Below, piece after piece: positions 51,059 to 64,000 of a DNA stretch of 64,000 nt (position 1 is the first letter of the stretch; each line of letters begins with the position of its first letter). The notes under the pieces are model-generated. The model ran no database searches. It was not told the DNA's origin and was given only the letters and a program-made list of their open reading frames with translations. Origin of the DNA: Mobula hypostoma (Eukaryota); NCBI RefSeq assembly GCF_963921235.1, contig NC_086097.1, positions 48,238,001 through 48,302,000 on the forward strand, in the 5' to 3' direction. The translations under genes were made by a program, and so were the position numbers.

Positions 51059-52470
51059 ATCATAAGGTATAGGAGCTGAATTTTGGCCCACTGATCTGCT
51101 CCGCTGTATCGTCATGGCTGATCCGTTTTTCTCTCAACCCCAATCTCCTGCCTTCTCTCCGTGTCCCTTCATGTCCTGACTAATCAAGAATCTATCAACC
51201 TCTGCCTGAAATATACCCAAATACTTGGCCTCCACAGTTGGCCTTTTGGCCTCCTCATCTCCGTTCTAAAAGGACGCCACTCTATTCTGTAACACAAAGG
51301 AGGTGGTGATGGATTTTAGGAAGACCAAACCTACATTGCTCCTGTTACTATTGATGGTTAAGACGTGGATATGGTGAGGCCCTCAAATACCTGGGGTTGC
51401 TCCTGGATGACAGACTTTAGTGGAGCACCAACACGGAGGCTGTGTACTAGAAAGGCCAGAGTGACCTCTACTTTCTGAGGAGACTGAGGTCCTTTGGAGT
51501 ATGCAGGCCTTTCCTTCACAAGTTCTACCAGTCTGTTGTCACCAGTACTATCTCCTCTGTGGTGGTGTGCTGGGACAATAGCATCAACACAAGTGATGCC
51601 AACAGGCTCAATAAACTGATTAGAAGGGCTGGCTCTGTTAGAGGAGTCAAACTGGACACACTGGAGGCTGTGGTAGAACAAAGGACCCTACGAAAAATCC
51701 TGGCAATTCTGGACAATGTTTCTCACCTTCTGCATGCCACTTTGGCTGAACAGAGTAGTACTTTTAGTAATAGACTAAGACAACTGCGCTGCTCCAAAGA
51801 GCACTATACGAGGCCATTTTTATCCTCGGCCACTCAGCTCTATCATGAGTCAACCTATAGCTGGGGAAGTGATGACCACCTCTTGTTAGACTGTTTGAGG
51901 TAACTTATTTTTTATTCTTTCTTACTTCTCTCCTCATATTTGAATATCTGTGCACTAGTAATTTTGTGACACTATAATTTCCTTTGGGATCAATAAAGTA
52001 TCTATCTATCTATCTGTCTGTCTATTCTGAGGCTGTGTCCTTTGGTTCTACACTCATTCTCCATAGGAAACATCCTCTCCACACCCACTCTATCACGGCC
52101 TTTCAGCATTCGATAGGTTTCAATGAGGTCATTCATTCCTCTAAATTTCAGTGAGTAGCGGTCCAGAGCCATAAAACGCTTCTCATATGACAAGCCTTTC
52201 AATCCTAGAATCATTTTCGTGAACTTTCTTTGAACCCTATCCAACGTCTGCACATGCTTTCTTAGATAAGTGGCCCAAAACTACTCACAATACTCCAAGT
52301 GAGGCCTCACCTGTGCCTCATCGGCCTCAACATTATCTCCTTGCTTTTATGTTTTAGTCCTCTCTAAATGAATACTAACATGGTATTTTCCTTCCTCATC
52401 ACTGACTCAACCTGCAAATTAACCTTTAGGGAATCCTGGATGAGGATTCCCAAGTCCCTGTGAACCTCTG
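51059..52470 (-). mobile_element. CR1 LINE 3' fragment interrupted by a Rex1/Babar-like insertion
   Basis: ORF 52002..52253 (RVQRKFTKMILGLKGLSYE); 3' UTR at 51059-51289. Confidence 0.8.
51290..52020 (+). mobile_element. Rex1/Babar-like LINE 3' fragment with (TATC)n tail
   Basis: RT C-terminus (DANRLNKLIRRAGSV), aataaa followed by tatctatctatctatc. 9-bp TSD tctattctg at 51281-51289 / 52021-52029. Confidence 0.85.
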
Positions 52471-52984
52471 ATTAACTCAGCAGGTTAAATCATGCTAATA
52501 TCAGACCATTAGACAAAGGAGTGAAATTATGCCATTCAGTCCATTAAATCTGCTCCACTTGAAGCTGGTTATTTGTTGCACTAAAATCCATTTGTCTAAA
52601 ATATTGAGGTAAACTTTAAAATATCCTTTACTTCCAAAAGTCCAGATCCTGCATTCATCTGACTCTGTGGCTGGAGGTTTAGGGGGGATTGGAAAGAAAG
52701 GAAAAGATCGCAGCAGTTCTTTAGTGTCATTAATCACCTATACAGTGCAGGCATCGCTACATGTTACCAACTTCAACATCATAATATCCAACAGATGACA
52801 ATGCGATAATGACAAGCTGATGGAAATCAGTAAACTACAGGAGCTTGGGTATCTGAAATAAAAACAGAAATGGTAGAAATACTCTCCAGCTGTTGCCTGA
52901 CTCACAAAGTCCATCCAGCCTTTTTTGTTTCTATTTTAAATAACCAGATTATCTTTCTTTTTAGATATTCTGACTGAAAAATAG

Positions 52985-53180
52985 CTATTGGATAGGTCAC
53001 TGAAGATAACTGCAAATTTCAAAAGAGTTCCATAGAATCTTTTACATCGACCGGTGAGAGCCCAGATAAGGGGTTTTATCTGAACACTGGCACTTGTGAA
53101 AGTGTTGCATCCCTTCAGTACTACAGGGGAGCACCAGTTGAAATCAAAGAACGTGGAAATATAATCTTTAATTCAGAGAT
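52985..53180 (-). mobile_element. DeuSINE-like (AmnSINE1/SacSINE1-type) remnant
   Basis: atcttttacatcgaccggtgagagc...ggcacttgtgaaagtgttgcatcccttcagtact resembles the recalled Deu-domain consensus; not verified by search. Confidence 0.5.
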
Positions 53181-53447
53181 TAAAATCACCTTTATGACGT
53201 GATAATTCAGGAGAATTCCAGTCCAAAATTTTGGCCAGTGTGTTTTTTTGATGTTTTAGATGAAAAATAATCTATTTTATTGTCAATTATTGGGCTCTGT
53301 TAATATGTACTGCCAGAACTTTTCTGCGTCTGGTCATGAGGAAAGAGGATAGAACTGACAAATAGCGTAGCAGGGCTTGCTCTAAACTGGCATGCGTTGC
53401 TGCTAATAAATCAACACTCAATAATCAGAGCCCTGAATTCAGTTCAG

Positions 53448-56003
53448 TAGTAACAGGGACATCGAGGAGCAGATAGGGAGACAGATACTGGAACGGTGTA
53501 ATAATAACAGGGTTGTCATGGTGGGAGATTTTAATTTCCCAAATATTGATTGGCATCTCCCTAGAGCGAGGGGTTTAGATGGTGTGGAGTTTGTCAGGTG
53601 TGTTCAGGAAGGTTTCCTGATACAGTATGTAGATAAGCCTACAAGACGAGAGGCTGCACATGATCTGGTATTGAGAAATGAACCTGGTCAGGTGTCAGGT
53701 CTCTCAGTGGAAGAGCATTTTGGAGATAGTAAGCACAATTCTATCTCCTCTACAACAGCATTGGAAAGGGATAGGAACAGACAAGTTAGGAAAGTATTTA
53801 ATTGGAGTAAGGGGAAATATGAAGCTATCAGGCAGGAACTTGGAAACATAAATTGGGAACAGATGTTCTCAGGGAAATGTACGGCAGAAATGTGGCAAAT
53901 GTTCAGGAGATATTTGTGTGGCGTTCTGCATAGGTATGTTCCAATGAGACAGGGAAAGGATGGTAGGGTACAGGAACCATGGTGTACAAAGGCTGTTGAA
54001 AATCTAGTCAAGAAGAAAAGAAAAGCTTATGAAAAATTCAAAAAACTAGGTAATGATAGATGTCTAGAGGATTACAAGGCTAGCAGAAAGGAATTTAAGA
54101 ATGAAATTAGGAGACCCAGAAGGGGCCACGAGAAGGCCTTGGTGAGCAGGATTAAGGAAAACCCCAAGGCATTCTACAAATATGTGAAGAGCAAGAGGAT
54201 AAGATGTGAGAGAATAGGACCAATCAAGTGTGACAGTGGAAAAGTGTGTATTGAACCAGAGGAGATAGCAGAGATACTTAATGAATACTTTGCTTCAGTA
54301 TTCACTACGGAAAAGGATCTTGGCGATTGTAGGGATGACTTATAGCAGATTGAAAAGCTTGAGCATATAGACGTTAAGAAAGAGGATGTGCTGGAGCTTT
54401 TGGAAAGCATCAAGTTGAATAAGTCTCCGGGACTGGATGAGATGTACCCCAGGCTACCGTAAGAGGCGAGGGGGTAGATTGCTGAGCATCTGGCAATGAT
54501 CTTTGCATCATCAATGGGGAAGGGAGAGGTTTCAGAGGATTGGAGGGTTACAGATATTGTTCCCTTATTCAAGAAAGGGAGTAGAGATAGCCCAAGAAAT
54601 TATAGACCAGTGAGTCTTACTTCAGTGCTTAGTAAGCACGGCTTTGTCAAAGGCAGGTCGTGCCTTACGAGCCTAATTGAATTTTCTGAGGATGTGACTG
54701 AACACATTGATGAAAGTAAAGCAGTAGATGAAGTGTAACACATATAAAAGTTGCTGGTGAATGCAGCAGGCCAGGCAGCATCTCTAGGAAGAGGTGCAGT
54801 CGACGTTTCAGGCCAAGACCCTTCGTCAGATGTAGTGTATGTGGATTTCAGCAAGGCATTTGATAAGGTACCCCATGCAAAGCTTATTGAGAAAGTAAGG
54901 AGGCATGGGATCCAAGGGGACCCTGCTTTGTGGATCCAGAATTGGCTTGCCCACAGATGGCAGAGAGTGGTTGTAGATGGGTCATATTCTGCATGGAGGT
55001 TGGTGACCAGTGATGTGCCTCAGGGATCTGTTCTGGGACCCCTTCTCTTTGTGATTTTTATAAATGACCTGGATGAGGAAGTGTAGGGATGGGTTAGTAA
55101 ACTGGCTGATGGGGTTATGTTGGATAGTGTGGAGGGCTGTCAGAGGTTACAGCAGGACATCGATAGGATGCAAAACTGGGCTGAGAAGTGGCAGATGGAG
55201 TTCAACCCAGGTAAGTGTGAGGCAGTTCATTTTGGTAGGTCAAATATGATGGCAGAATATAGTATTAATGGTAAGACTCTTGGCAGTGTGGAGGATCAGA
55301 GGGATCTTGGATTCCGAGTCCATAGGACACTCAAAGCTGCTGTGCAGGTTGATTCTGTGGTTAAGAAGGCATACGGTGCATTGGCCTTCATCAACAGTGG
55401 GATTGAGTGTAAGAGCTGAGGGGTAATGTTACAGCTATATGGGACCCTGGTCAGACCCCACTTGGAGTACTGTGCTCAGTTCTGGTCACCTCACTACAGG
55501 AAGGATGTAGAGACTATAGAAAGGGAGCAGAGGAGATTTACAAGGATGTTGCCTGGATTGGGGAGCATGCCTTATGAGAATAGGTTGAGTGAACTCAGCC
55601 TTTTTCCCCTTGGAGCGACGGAGGATGAGAGGTGACCTGATAGAGGTGTATAAAATGATGAGAAGCATTGATTATGTGGATAGTCAGAGGCTTTTTCCCA
55701 GGGCTGAAATGACTAAGACAAGAGGGCCTAGTTTTAAGGTGCTTGGAAATAGGTACAGAGGTGATGTCAGGGGTAAGTTTTTTTTGCTGAGAGTTGTGAG
55801 TGCGTGGAATGGGCTGCCGGCGATGGTGGTGGAGGCGGATATGATAGGGTCTTTTAAGAGACTCCTGGATAGGTACATGGAGCTTAGAAAAATAGAGGGC
55901 TTTTGGTAACCCTGGGTAATTTCTAAAGTAAGTACATGTTCGGCACAGCATTGTGGTCTGAAGGGCCTGTATTTTGCTGTAGGTTTTCTGTGTTTCTATG
56001 TTT
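53448..56003 (+). mobile_element. 5'-truncated CR1 LINE, same family as 3304-7636
   Basis: APE C-terminus (VGDFNFPNIDW), RT ([30 protein letters not shown]) and 3' UTR. Carries stops, a deletion near 54627 and an insertion at 54738. Confidence 0.93.
54738..54827 (-). mobile_element. Single-arm 90-bp Penelope 3'-end insertion ending at the hammerhead CUGA box
   Basis: TSD agatgaagtgta (54726-54737) / agatgtagtgta (54828-54839); it splits the CR1 AVDVVY codons. Confidence 0.88.
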
Positions 56004-56084
56004 ATCTTGTTTCAGTTTGTTCATCTTGCCACAGGACTTCATGATCTTCAATACCAAATTCTCATAGATGGATTTGTTTGACTA

Positions 56085-56785
56085 GTGATGGAGATATATG
56101 CTTAATAATTTCACAGGTGACACAAAATTAATAGTGGTATTGATAGTAAGGATGATAGTCTTGAATTATAAGAGGATGTAGATGAGTTGATTAGATGGGC
56201 AGAGAGATGGCAGATGGAAATTAATCCTGGTAAGTGACATTCTGTGGGAGGACTAACAAGGCTAAGGCATACCGTGTTCTGTTAGTTCTTATATTTTATG
56301 CCCCAGCTAATGAAGGCAAGCATTCCATTTGCCTTCGTAACTGATTTTTCTTCCTGTACTTTTGGGATTCTTGGATTTGAATGCCAAAGTCCATTTTTCC
56401 TCAATAGTCCTGTGGAGTCTACCACACATTGTGTATGTTATAGCCTTGTTAGTCCTCCCAAAATGCATTTGGAATTGAGCCACAACTGGGCTATTGAGTA
56501 CAGTCTGTTTTCACATGGAGAGGATTCAGTGGAGATTCACATTGCCTGGGATGGAATGTTTCAGTTATGTGGAGAGATGAAATAAGCTGGGCTTGTTTTC
56601 CCTGAAGTGGAGGAAATGTAGGGAGGATTTGATAAAGGTGTACAAGATTAAGAGGGGCATAAATAGGCTAGATACTAAGAAAGTTCTCACCAAAGGAAAG
56701 ATATATAAAAGCCAACTGCATAGGTTCAAGGCTCGAAGTGGGTGGTTTAGAAAGGATCTGAGAAATAGTTGCTTTTCTATCTGCT
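56085..56785. mobile_element. Old rearranged CR1 fragments in both orientations
   Basis: RT remnants (ggcagatggaaattaatcctggtaagtg; REDLIKVYKIKRGINRLD) with an inverted middle piece. Confidence 0.55.
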
Positions 56786-57648
56786 GACTTACTTGTAAAC
56801 TCCAAATTTGCTTGTAATGTGATGGTGGAAAATATTTTCACATGGGGAACATCTAATCAGATGATTGAATTTACTTCATTCGAGTGCTCAAACTACAGCA
56901 TTTAATCAGATTTTCCACCTCCACTGGTTGAGTAAATAAGTGCACAATCATGATGTAGCTTTGAAAATTTGTCATACCAACTATTTTTGATTTAAATAGA
57001 AAAAATCTATTTAGAAATATTACCTACCAGCATATTTTAAGCTGATCCTCTAAGTGGCCTTGAGAAGGCAGTGATGAACCACCCCCTTGAACTGTAGCCA
57101 TAAGAATGACAAATATACTTCCACTGTTCTGTTGTATGAGGAACTGCAGTGTAATAGGTTGGGTGCAATCAGTCAATAAGAGTCAGTGTGCATTGCGTTG
57201 AGCTGATTGTTACATTGTTGGCTGAGAATTGATTCTGATTTTATCCATACTATTCATATTGGAATGTGTAAGTATACAACAAACATGGAAAACAGATGAA
57301 AGAAGGAACGTTAATCTTTGACATTGATTCCAGTGCAAGCCGCTCCAGGAGGAGTAGCATGTGATTGCACTGGAGAGAGTGCAGCAGAGATACATATGGA
57401 CATTGCCTGGACTGGAGGATATTAGTTATGGGGTGAGATTGGATAGGCGGTACGTTGTTTATGGAACAAGGGAGACATCAGGGCGATTTGAGTGACATAC
57501 AGTATATAAGATTGAGAGGCATAAATCAGATACATAGTCAAAATCTTTTTCTGTGGTAGGGGTATCCTATGGTAGGGACATGGGATTAAGCTGCAGAAAG
57601 GTGCAAACTCCGCCAACTCCATCGTGAGTACGAGTAATGCGAGTACGA

Positions 57649-59616
57649 GGTGGCATTAGTAATGATCTTTCCAGAATCAGTAGATTCTGTAATGTTTCCG
57701 AAGCACTGGAAAATTGCAAGTGCGATTCCACTCTTCAAGAAGGGAGGGAGGCAGAGATAGGCCTATTAAGGCTGATTTATACTTCTGCGTCAAATGGACG
57801 GCATAACCTACGCAAGTGGCCTATGCACGTTGTGAGCACTTACACTTGTGCGTTGGTGTGTCTGCGTCGCTCTGCAATTCGGGCACGTCGTGCATGCGCA
57901 CCCACCTGCCCGTGCAAGGCTTCATGGTCATGGTAGTCTTTCTCGGGGTAAACAAGTTTAAAGCGGGCGTCTTTTCTCGTAAAAGTGAAATGTGTCCTCC
58001 ATAATTTCGGAGGTCTGTAAAGCTTTATGGAAAGCATTGCAGCCAGAGTTCCTTCCCTGCCCTTCAGTCGCCCAATGGGAAGCTATTGCAGCATAGGAGG
58101 AAATGCGATGCTACCAAGTGGACCAATCACAGTTGTTGCGGTCCGTGTTGCCGCGATGCGTAGTTACATTTTGGGAGAGGTGCGCGTCAGGCTACGGCGT
58201 AGGGATCCACGTAGGCTCTGCATAGGGTTCCTGGTTACGCCATACGTACAGCGTCAATGTGACACAGAAGTATAAATCAGCCTTTAGACTGACCTCAGTG
58301 GTTGGTAAGACATTAGAGCTGATGGTTAAAAGTGTGGTTTCGGGGTACTTGGAGTCACTTGATAAAATAGGCCAAAGTCAGCATGGTTCCTTAAGGGAAA
58401 GTCTTGCCTGACAAATCTGTTAGAATTCTTAGAGGAAATAACAAGCAGGATACTCAGAGGAGAATCAGTGAATGTCGTGTGCTTGGATTTTCAGAAGGCC
58501 TTTGACAAGGTGTCGTACAAGAGGCTGCTTAACAAGATAAGAGCCCATGGTATTACAGGAAAGATACTAGCATGGATAGAGCATTGTCCGATCGGCAGAA
58601 GGCAAAGAGTGTGAATAAAGGAAGCCTTTTCTGATTGGCTGCCGGTGACTAGTGGTGTTCCACATGCGTCATAGGAGTGCTTCTTTTTACGTTGTATGTC
58701 AATGATTTGGCTGATGGAATTGGTGGCTTTGTAGCCAAGTGTGCAGACGATACAAAGATAATTGGAGAGGCAGGTTGAGGAAGCAGGAAGACTGCAGAAG
58801 GACTTGGTCAGATTAAGGGAATGGCCAAAGAAGAGGCAAATGGAATGCAGTGTCGGGAAGTGTTTGGTCACGCACTTTGGAAGAAGGAGCAAAAGCGTGG
58901 ACTATTTTTTAAATGGGAAGAAAATTCAAAAATCCAAGGTGCAAGGGGACTTGAGGATACTCGTGCAGGATTCCTTGAAGGTTAATTTGCAGTTTGAGTT
59001 GGTTGAGACGAAGGCAAATGCAATGTTAGCATTCATTCTGAGAGGACTAGAATATAAAAGCAAGGATATAATGCTGAGGATTCACAAAGCACTGGTGGGG
59101 TCTCACAGAGTACTGTGAGCAGTTTTGGGCCCCTTATTTAAAAAAGAACATGCTGACATTGGAGAGTTCAGAGGAGGTTCATGAGAATCTCTGGGCCTTT
59201 ACTCACTAGAATTTAGAAGAATGAAGAGGGAACTCATTGACACCCATCAAGTATTGAAAGGCCTAGATGGAGTGAATGTGGAGAGGATGCTTCCTATGAT
59301 GAGGAAGTCTAGGACCAAAGGGCGCAGCCTCAGAATAGAAGAATGCACATTTAGAACAGAGATGAAGAGGAATTTCTTTAGCCAGAAGGTGGTGAATCTG
59401 TGGAATTTGTGGCCACAGGTGACTGTGGAGGCCAGGTCATTGGGTGTATTTGAGGCAGAAGATGATGAGTTCTTGATTAGGCAGGGCGTGAAATGTTATG
59501 GGGAGAAGGCAGTAGAATAGGGTTGAGAAGGAAATGGATCGGTCATGATGAAATGGTGGAGCAGATTCGATGGGCCGAATGACCTAATTCTGCTCCTGTG
59601 TTGTCGTCTTATGGTT
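57649..59616 (+). mobile_element. CR1 LINE fragment of a second family, interrupted by a MITE
   Basis: RT remnants (cagcatggttcc, ttggattttcagaaggcctttgacaaggtg; KRNFFSQKVVNLWN) and 3' UTR. Confidence 0.85.
57769..58283. mobile_element. PIF/Harbinger-type (Tourist-like) MITE, 515 bp
   Basis: 24-bp TIRs aggctgatttatacttctgcgtca / tgacacagaagtataaatcagcct (1 mismatch). TTA duplication at 57766-57768 / 58284-58286; removing the element restores the CR1 sequence. Confidence 0.88.
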
Positions 59617-59619
59617 TCA

Positions 59620-60245
59620 CTAGCCCTCCCAGCACTGAGGATGTCTTCAAAAGACAATGCCTCTAAAAGACTATGTCAATCATTAAGGACCCCCATCACC
59701 TAGGTCATGCCCTCTTCTCATTGCTCATTGCTACAATAAGAAGGAAGTACAGGAGCCTGACGATACATTTAGGAACAGCCTCTTCCCTTCTGCCATCTGA
59801 TTTCTGAATGGATAATGAACTCATGTACACTACCTCACTATTTTTTTTCTTCTTAATGCTCTTTTTGCACCTATTTTAATTTATTTCTCACTGTAATTTA
59901 GTTTTTTTATTCCAATGTATTGCAATGTACTGCTGCCACAAAACAACGAATTTCATTACATATGCCAGCGATATTAAATTCGATTCTGACTCTGAAGGTG
60001 AGGGGAAGAATTTTAAAGGGGATCTGAGGGGTATGTTTCTCATGCAGAGAGTGGTTGATATCTGGAATTCGTTGACAGAGGAAGAGGTGGAATTAGATAC
60101 AATCACTAGGTTTGTGAGTCATTTAGCCGGGCAATTGAATAGGCCAGGTGTAGAGAGATCAGTCTTAATGCAGGGAGGTAGGATTCATGCAAGAAGGCCG
60201 GCATGGATGTGATGGACTGAAGGACCTGTTTCTATGCTATATTAT
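59620..60245 (+). mobile_element. Adjacent Rex1/Babar-like 3' fragment (to ~59993) and CR1 3' fragment
   Basis: cattaaggacccccatcacctaggtcatgccctcttctc...gatattaaattcgattctgactctga, then FLMQRVVDIWNSL. Confidence 0.65.
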
Positions 60246-63200
60246 GCCATTAAAGATCTGCACACTGCAAGTAACATCTATTTTGGAGAATAAAATAGCA
60301 AAAAAAAACAGATTTCAATGCAGATTCAAATTTGAGTCACACTTGTAAAACAGTAAAAATCTCCCATCTGGATGAAAGGAAGGAAGTGTAATATTGAATT
60401 TTTTTTTACCTTAGGAAAAAGAACTTGGGGACGTGCAAGTTTGTGAAATATTCCTCCAATGACAGTTTGCATCCGTAAACACAACAGGCAATATGGTGCC
60501 CTGTGTTAAAATTCCCGTGGCTCTAAGATTTCTATGATTAAAGAATCTTAGGTGACTAGAATATTGATACTAGATCCAGTTGCGTTCATACAAAATATTA
60601 CATAATTCGGGACTGAGAGGATTTCATTCATAACTCTCTAGAACATTCCACACTATGCTGTATAAGTGAAACTGAGGCAAAGGCAGATTAGGATATTTCT
60701 GGGGGTGGTAGCAGGGATGAGAAGCTGCAGATGACCTGCCAACTTAAGCCATTTGTCTGCTAGGAGGAATATTTCCTTGAAAGGACATGAAGAAACTTTA
60801 GGTAATACCTCACTCACATAGTTGTAAAGCAGCTGCATGATGTAGTTTGGAACTCCTCCAGCTGTACCTGAATATTTTATACTGAAGGACGGATTGTCAA
60901 TTTTTGTTTAATTAAACGTGCTGTGTTTGCAGTGTTTGGCTGCTCTGAGGTTGAGAGTACAACATCAACATAGCAAAGCAAAACATCTCACAGTTGACGA
61001 AGCTCCTGACTGTGAACTTATTCTCAGGTCAGGGGATGGATAATGTTGGCCAGAGAGGTGCAGAAATTCTGTAAATCTGCTATTTACAAGAAGGCTGAAA
61101 GAACACTGCCCTGGGCTAGATCCAGAAGTGAACAAATTGTAAATACCATTGGTATGGACTGTTTATATTTGTCACCAGTGAAACCACAGGAGGATTATGT
61201 TGCTTTATATGATGAGAAGGGCTGACAAAGTTGGCTCTATGCTATGTCTGAATTCATGTATAGTTTGTAAATGTAATATTTAGTCATGAAGTGAAAATGT
61301 CTTATGCCTTGGAGGAGTTGTGGCCTTTGGAACAAATGATTAAAAGTAAAGTAATAGCACACAGAACTGAGAGCCTGAATCCATTTTTGATTGAATGGGA
61401 TGTACTTTAGCAAGTCATTGTCTTTCATTATACCTTGTGGGATCCAGAGACAATTGTTTTTGCCCTCACCTTGAATCAGTCTCCTCTCTTTTCACAGCAT
61501 AGTTGTTGGATACTGAGGTACGGTATTTGAGAAGAGGCAGCTCATACAGGTTGGCAAAATGCATACAAGTATTTTGCACAACTATGGGAACATACTTTCT
61601 GGGAAAATAATGTAGAACCATGATCTAAATACCATGGGGAAATTATTGCCCTTTAGCCAAGTGCATAAGTTGTGTTGGATTTGAGGAAGTATCTAAGGTG
61701 TAGGTGTCATGGCCTCTTACATTGCTAGCTGGCAGGACTCAGTTTAGGATAATAAAAGAATTTGTGAAACAGTGTAGAAATTTTAAACATCATCTTGAAG
61801 ACAGCATTATGTGAATTGTTAACCAAGTTCAGTCACCTTTTTCTCACAGATAATAACCTTGGTGAAAAACTGAATATATTATATTCACAGTGCCAAACCT
61901 TGATGGTGTTTACAGTACTTTATGACATCGTACAACCAATTCATTGCACCTCTTTCTATTAACATTTGTATGGAATGCAATTATTTGAATTGTATTAGTT
62001 GTAATTGATTGATTGATAATGGATATGAAAAGCAATTATAAAGCAGCAAGAGGAGGGAAGAGGAAATAAATCTCCTAAACCTTTATCTTCATGCTTGACA
62101 CTGATATTCAAATTGTTCAATAATTCTAAAATTGCTCACACATCTCTCTGACATTTATTTTAATTTGAAATATACTTGTGTTGTGGAAGTGACTGAACAT
62201 ACCTGTGTCTTGTGTGGTTATTTAAAGTGTGATGTGAGTGGGTTGATTGGAGATCCGTTTCCTAAGGCAGACACTAGTACGATGGCCCAAATAACTTTCT
62301 GTGCTGGACAGCTCAATTAATCTATTGTAGCTTATCATTACTCAGAAAATATTGCAAAATACACCATTTATAAGACCATATGAAAATGTGACGGCTGCTG
62401 TCATGTACAACAATATGAGTGAGGGTGTAAATGCTACAAGAGCAATTGGTAATTTTTGAATGGAAGCAACAAAGGCTGTTCCAATAACTGAGGCCCATGG
62501 AAAGCCCAGATAGACCAAGGGATATTATCAAAGAGAGTAATCTACAGAATAATCTGTTGGAGGTTCTGACCTCAGTGTCTCAAAGCAATTAGAAACTAAT
62601 TTTTTTTCATTTCACTATAATGGATTTGACCTCCAGCACTTAGCTCAAAAGAATTTTGCAGAGTTTGTGGGAGGGCAATTATAACTGATCAGCAGAAGTA
62701 CCCAGCTTAGACAGTTCTCTCTTTCCACTCAGGTCTATCAGTCATCACAAGACAGACAGAATTTTCTGGCAAATGGTGGAGTCTGGGAGGTAGAGCAAAA
62801 ATTTGATGCAATATTTGGTAATGAAGTTGATTAGCTTATAAGATAGACTACATGTCCTTCTCATGATCTTTATAACTAAAGATTAATTTCAAAATCTGCT
62901 CCATGTAAGGACTGAATACTTTTAGGCAAAACTTGGATCCTTCTATTTACTGATCATTCAATAATCATAATTAATATGCAGCATAACCATGGTAGGTGAA
63001 TCATGAATATGCAAAGAATATCCCCTAATATCCGACTTGTAATTTCTTCTTTCATTTATAGTAGTGGTATGGGTATTGCTTGCAAAGCCGTCCTTTAATT
63101 CCCAACTTTAATCATATGCTTTGTTTGAAGCGTAGATTGGCTTTGCACATCTAATTCTTGGCCCTTGAATTGCAAATGCCCTTCAATTTCTGAAGTGAAC

Positions 63201-64000
63201 TTTTATCTTGATATTTCTGATGTTTTCACTAAACACTGCTCAGAGGGTTATGAACCCCTAAGCAATTTAACAGAAATTACCTATGATAGTAATTAAAGAA
63301 GGGCTGCAATGAATGGATTGAATTTGTAGGAGGATTTACCACTCTCCATTCAAACTCTCGTGAAAGATCATGAGGTATCCCAGAGAAGCAGAATTTTGGG
63401 GCTCTTCCACTGAAATTGTGGTGGGCAGGAGAAGAAAGCCTTAATTGCAGTTCACTCCCTGAAAACATGTATTTTAAATCAATTTTGCATGTTCAAATTA
63501 ATTCTCATGAATATTTGAAATATGGTGAAATATATTGAGGGAGAAAGCTACAAGAAATCATTCAACTGAACTCACAGCATGCTTTTCTTCTGAACTCGAG
63601 GATGATCAGAATAGCAAAGCAAGAAATAAAGGTTCTGAATGGATGTTTGATGTATTGTTGCAGGCAGGATCAAAATGCTGTTGGTATATGGGCTAATTTT
63701 AGTACGTAAAATGAATATATTTATGGGCTTTTGTACGTATGAACTAATTGCATGTCAAATACCTCAATATTTTAATGATTTCTGTATTTGCATGTTTCCT
63801 GATGTTTCCAATGTTCACTGAAATGGTAAATGTCATTATTGTCATGTAATTTCCTAAATGTGCTGCCAGTCTTTCTAAACATGACAGTGCCCACACATCA
63901 TCTCGAATGAATTTATCTCTTATGTCTGCTGCTAATTTTTGTCAACGATTATGTAGCTTGAAGTAATAGCTGTTTTTAGCCCCCGGATAAGGCTTTTGGA

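Noticed and set aside
54640..54740. Both CR1 copies hit by PLE insertions ~85 nt apart in the RT, suggesting targeting
   Set aside because: Only two events at different sites, and the other insertions are in unrelated sequence.
62715..62810. Acceptor-like site as the next KIF26A exon
   Set aside because: The in-phase translation lacks the expected RRRLIP/EIKVYEID motifs and soon reaches a stop.
1..64000. CRISPR arrays, tRNA/rRNA genes or prokaryotic systems
   Set aside because: No regularly spaced repeats or intact structural RNA genes were seen; the sequence is eukaryotic intron and exon.

Overview
Vertebrate genomic DNA, by its repeat content most likely a cartilaginous fish such as a ray (inference). 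The window lies inside one large + strand gene, the atypical kinesin KIF26A (kinesin-11 family). Eight conserved coding exons (15297-44845) splice in frame with canonical GT-AG sites. The 5'-most and last exons were not found and appear to lie outside the window. A short candidate alternative first exon (MMDWREL, 13627-13646) splices in phase to exon 15297. The introns hold CR1 LINEs, Rex1/Babar-like LINEs, SINEs and a CpG-rich Harbinger-type MITE. The most striking system is a young Neptune-type Penelope-like retroelement (RT + GIY-YIG, 4573-6707) whose 3' region carries a minimal type I hammerhead ribozyme. Derivatives of this 3' end occur as 26-220 bp insertions with 11-15 bp target-site duplications; four are palindromic, fold back at the ribozyme and have a ~40 nt tail on one arm only.
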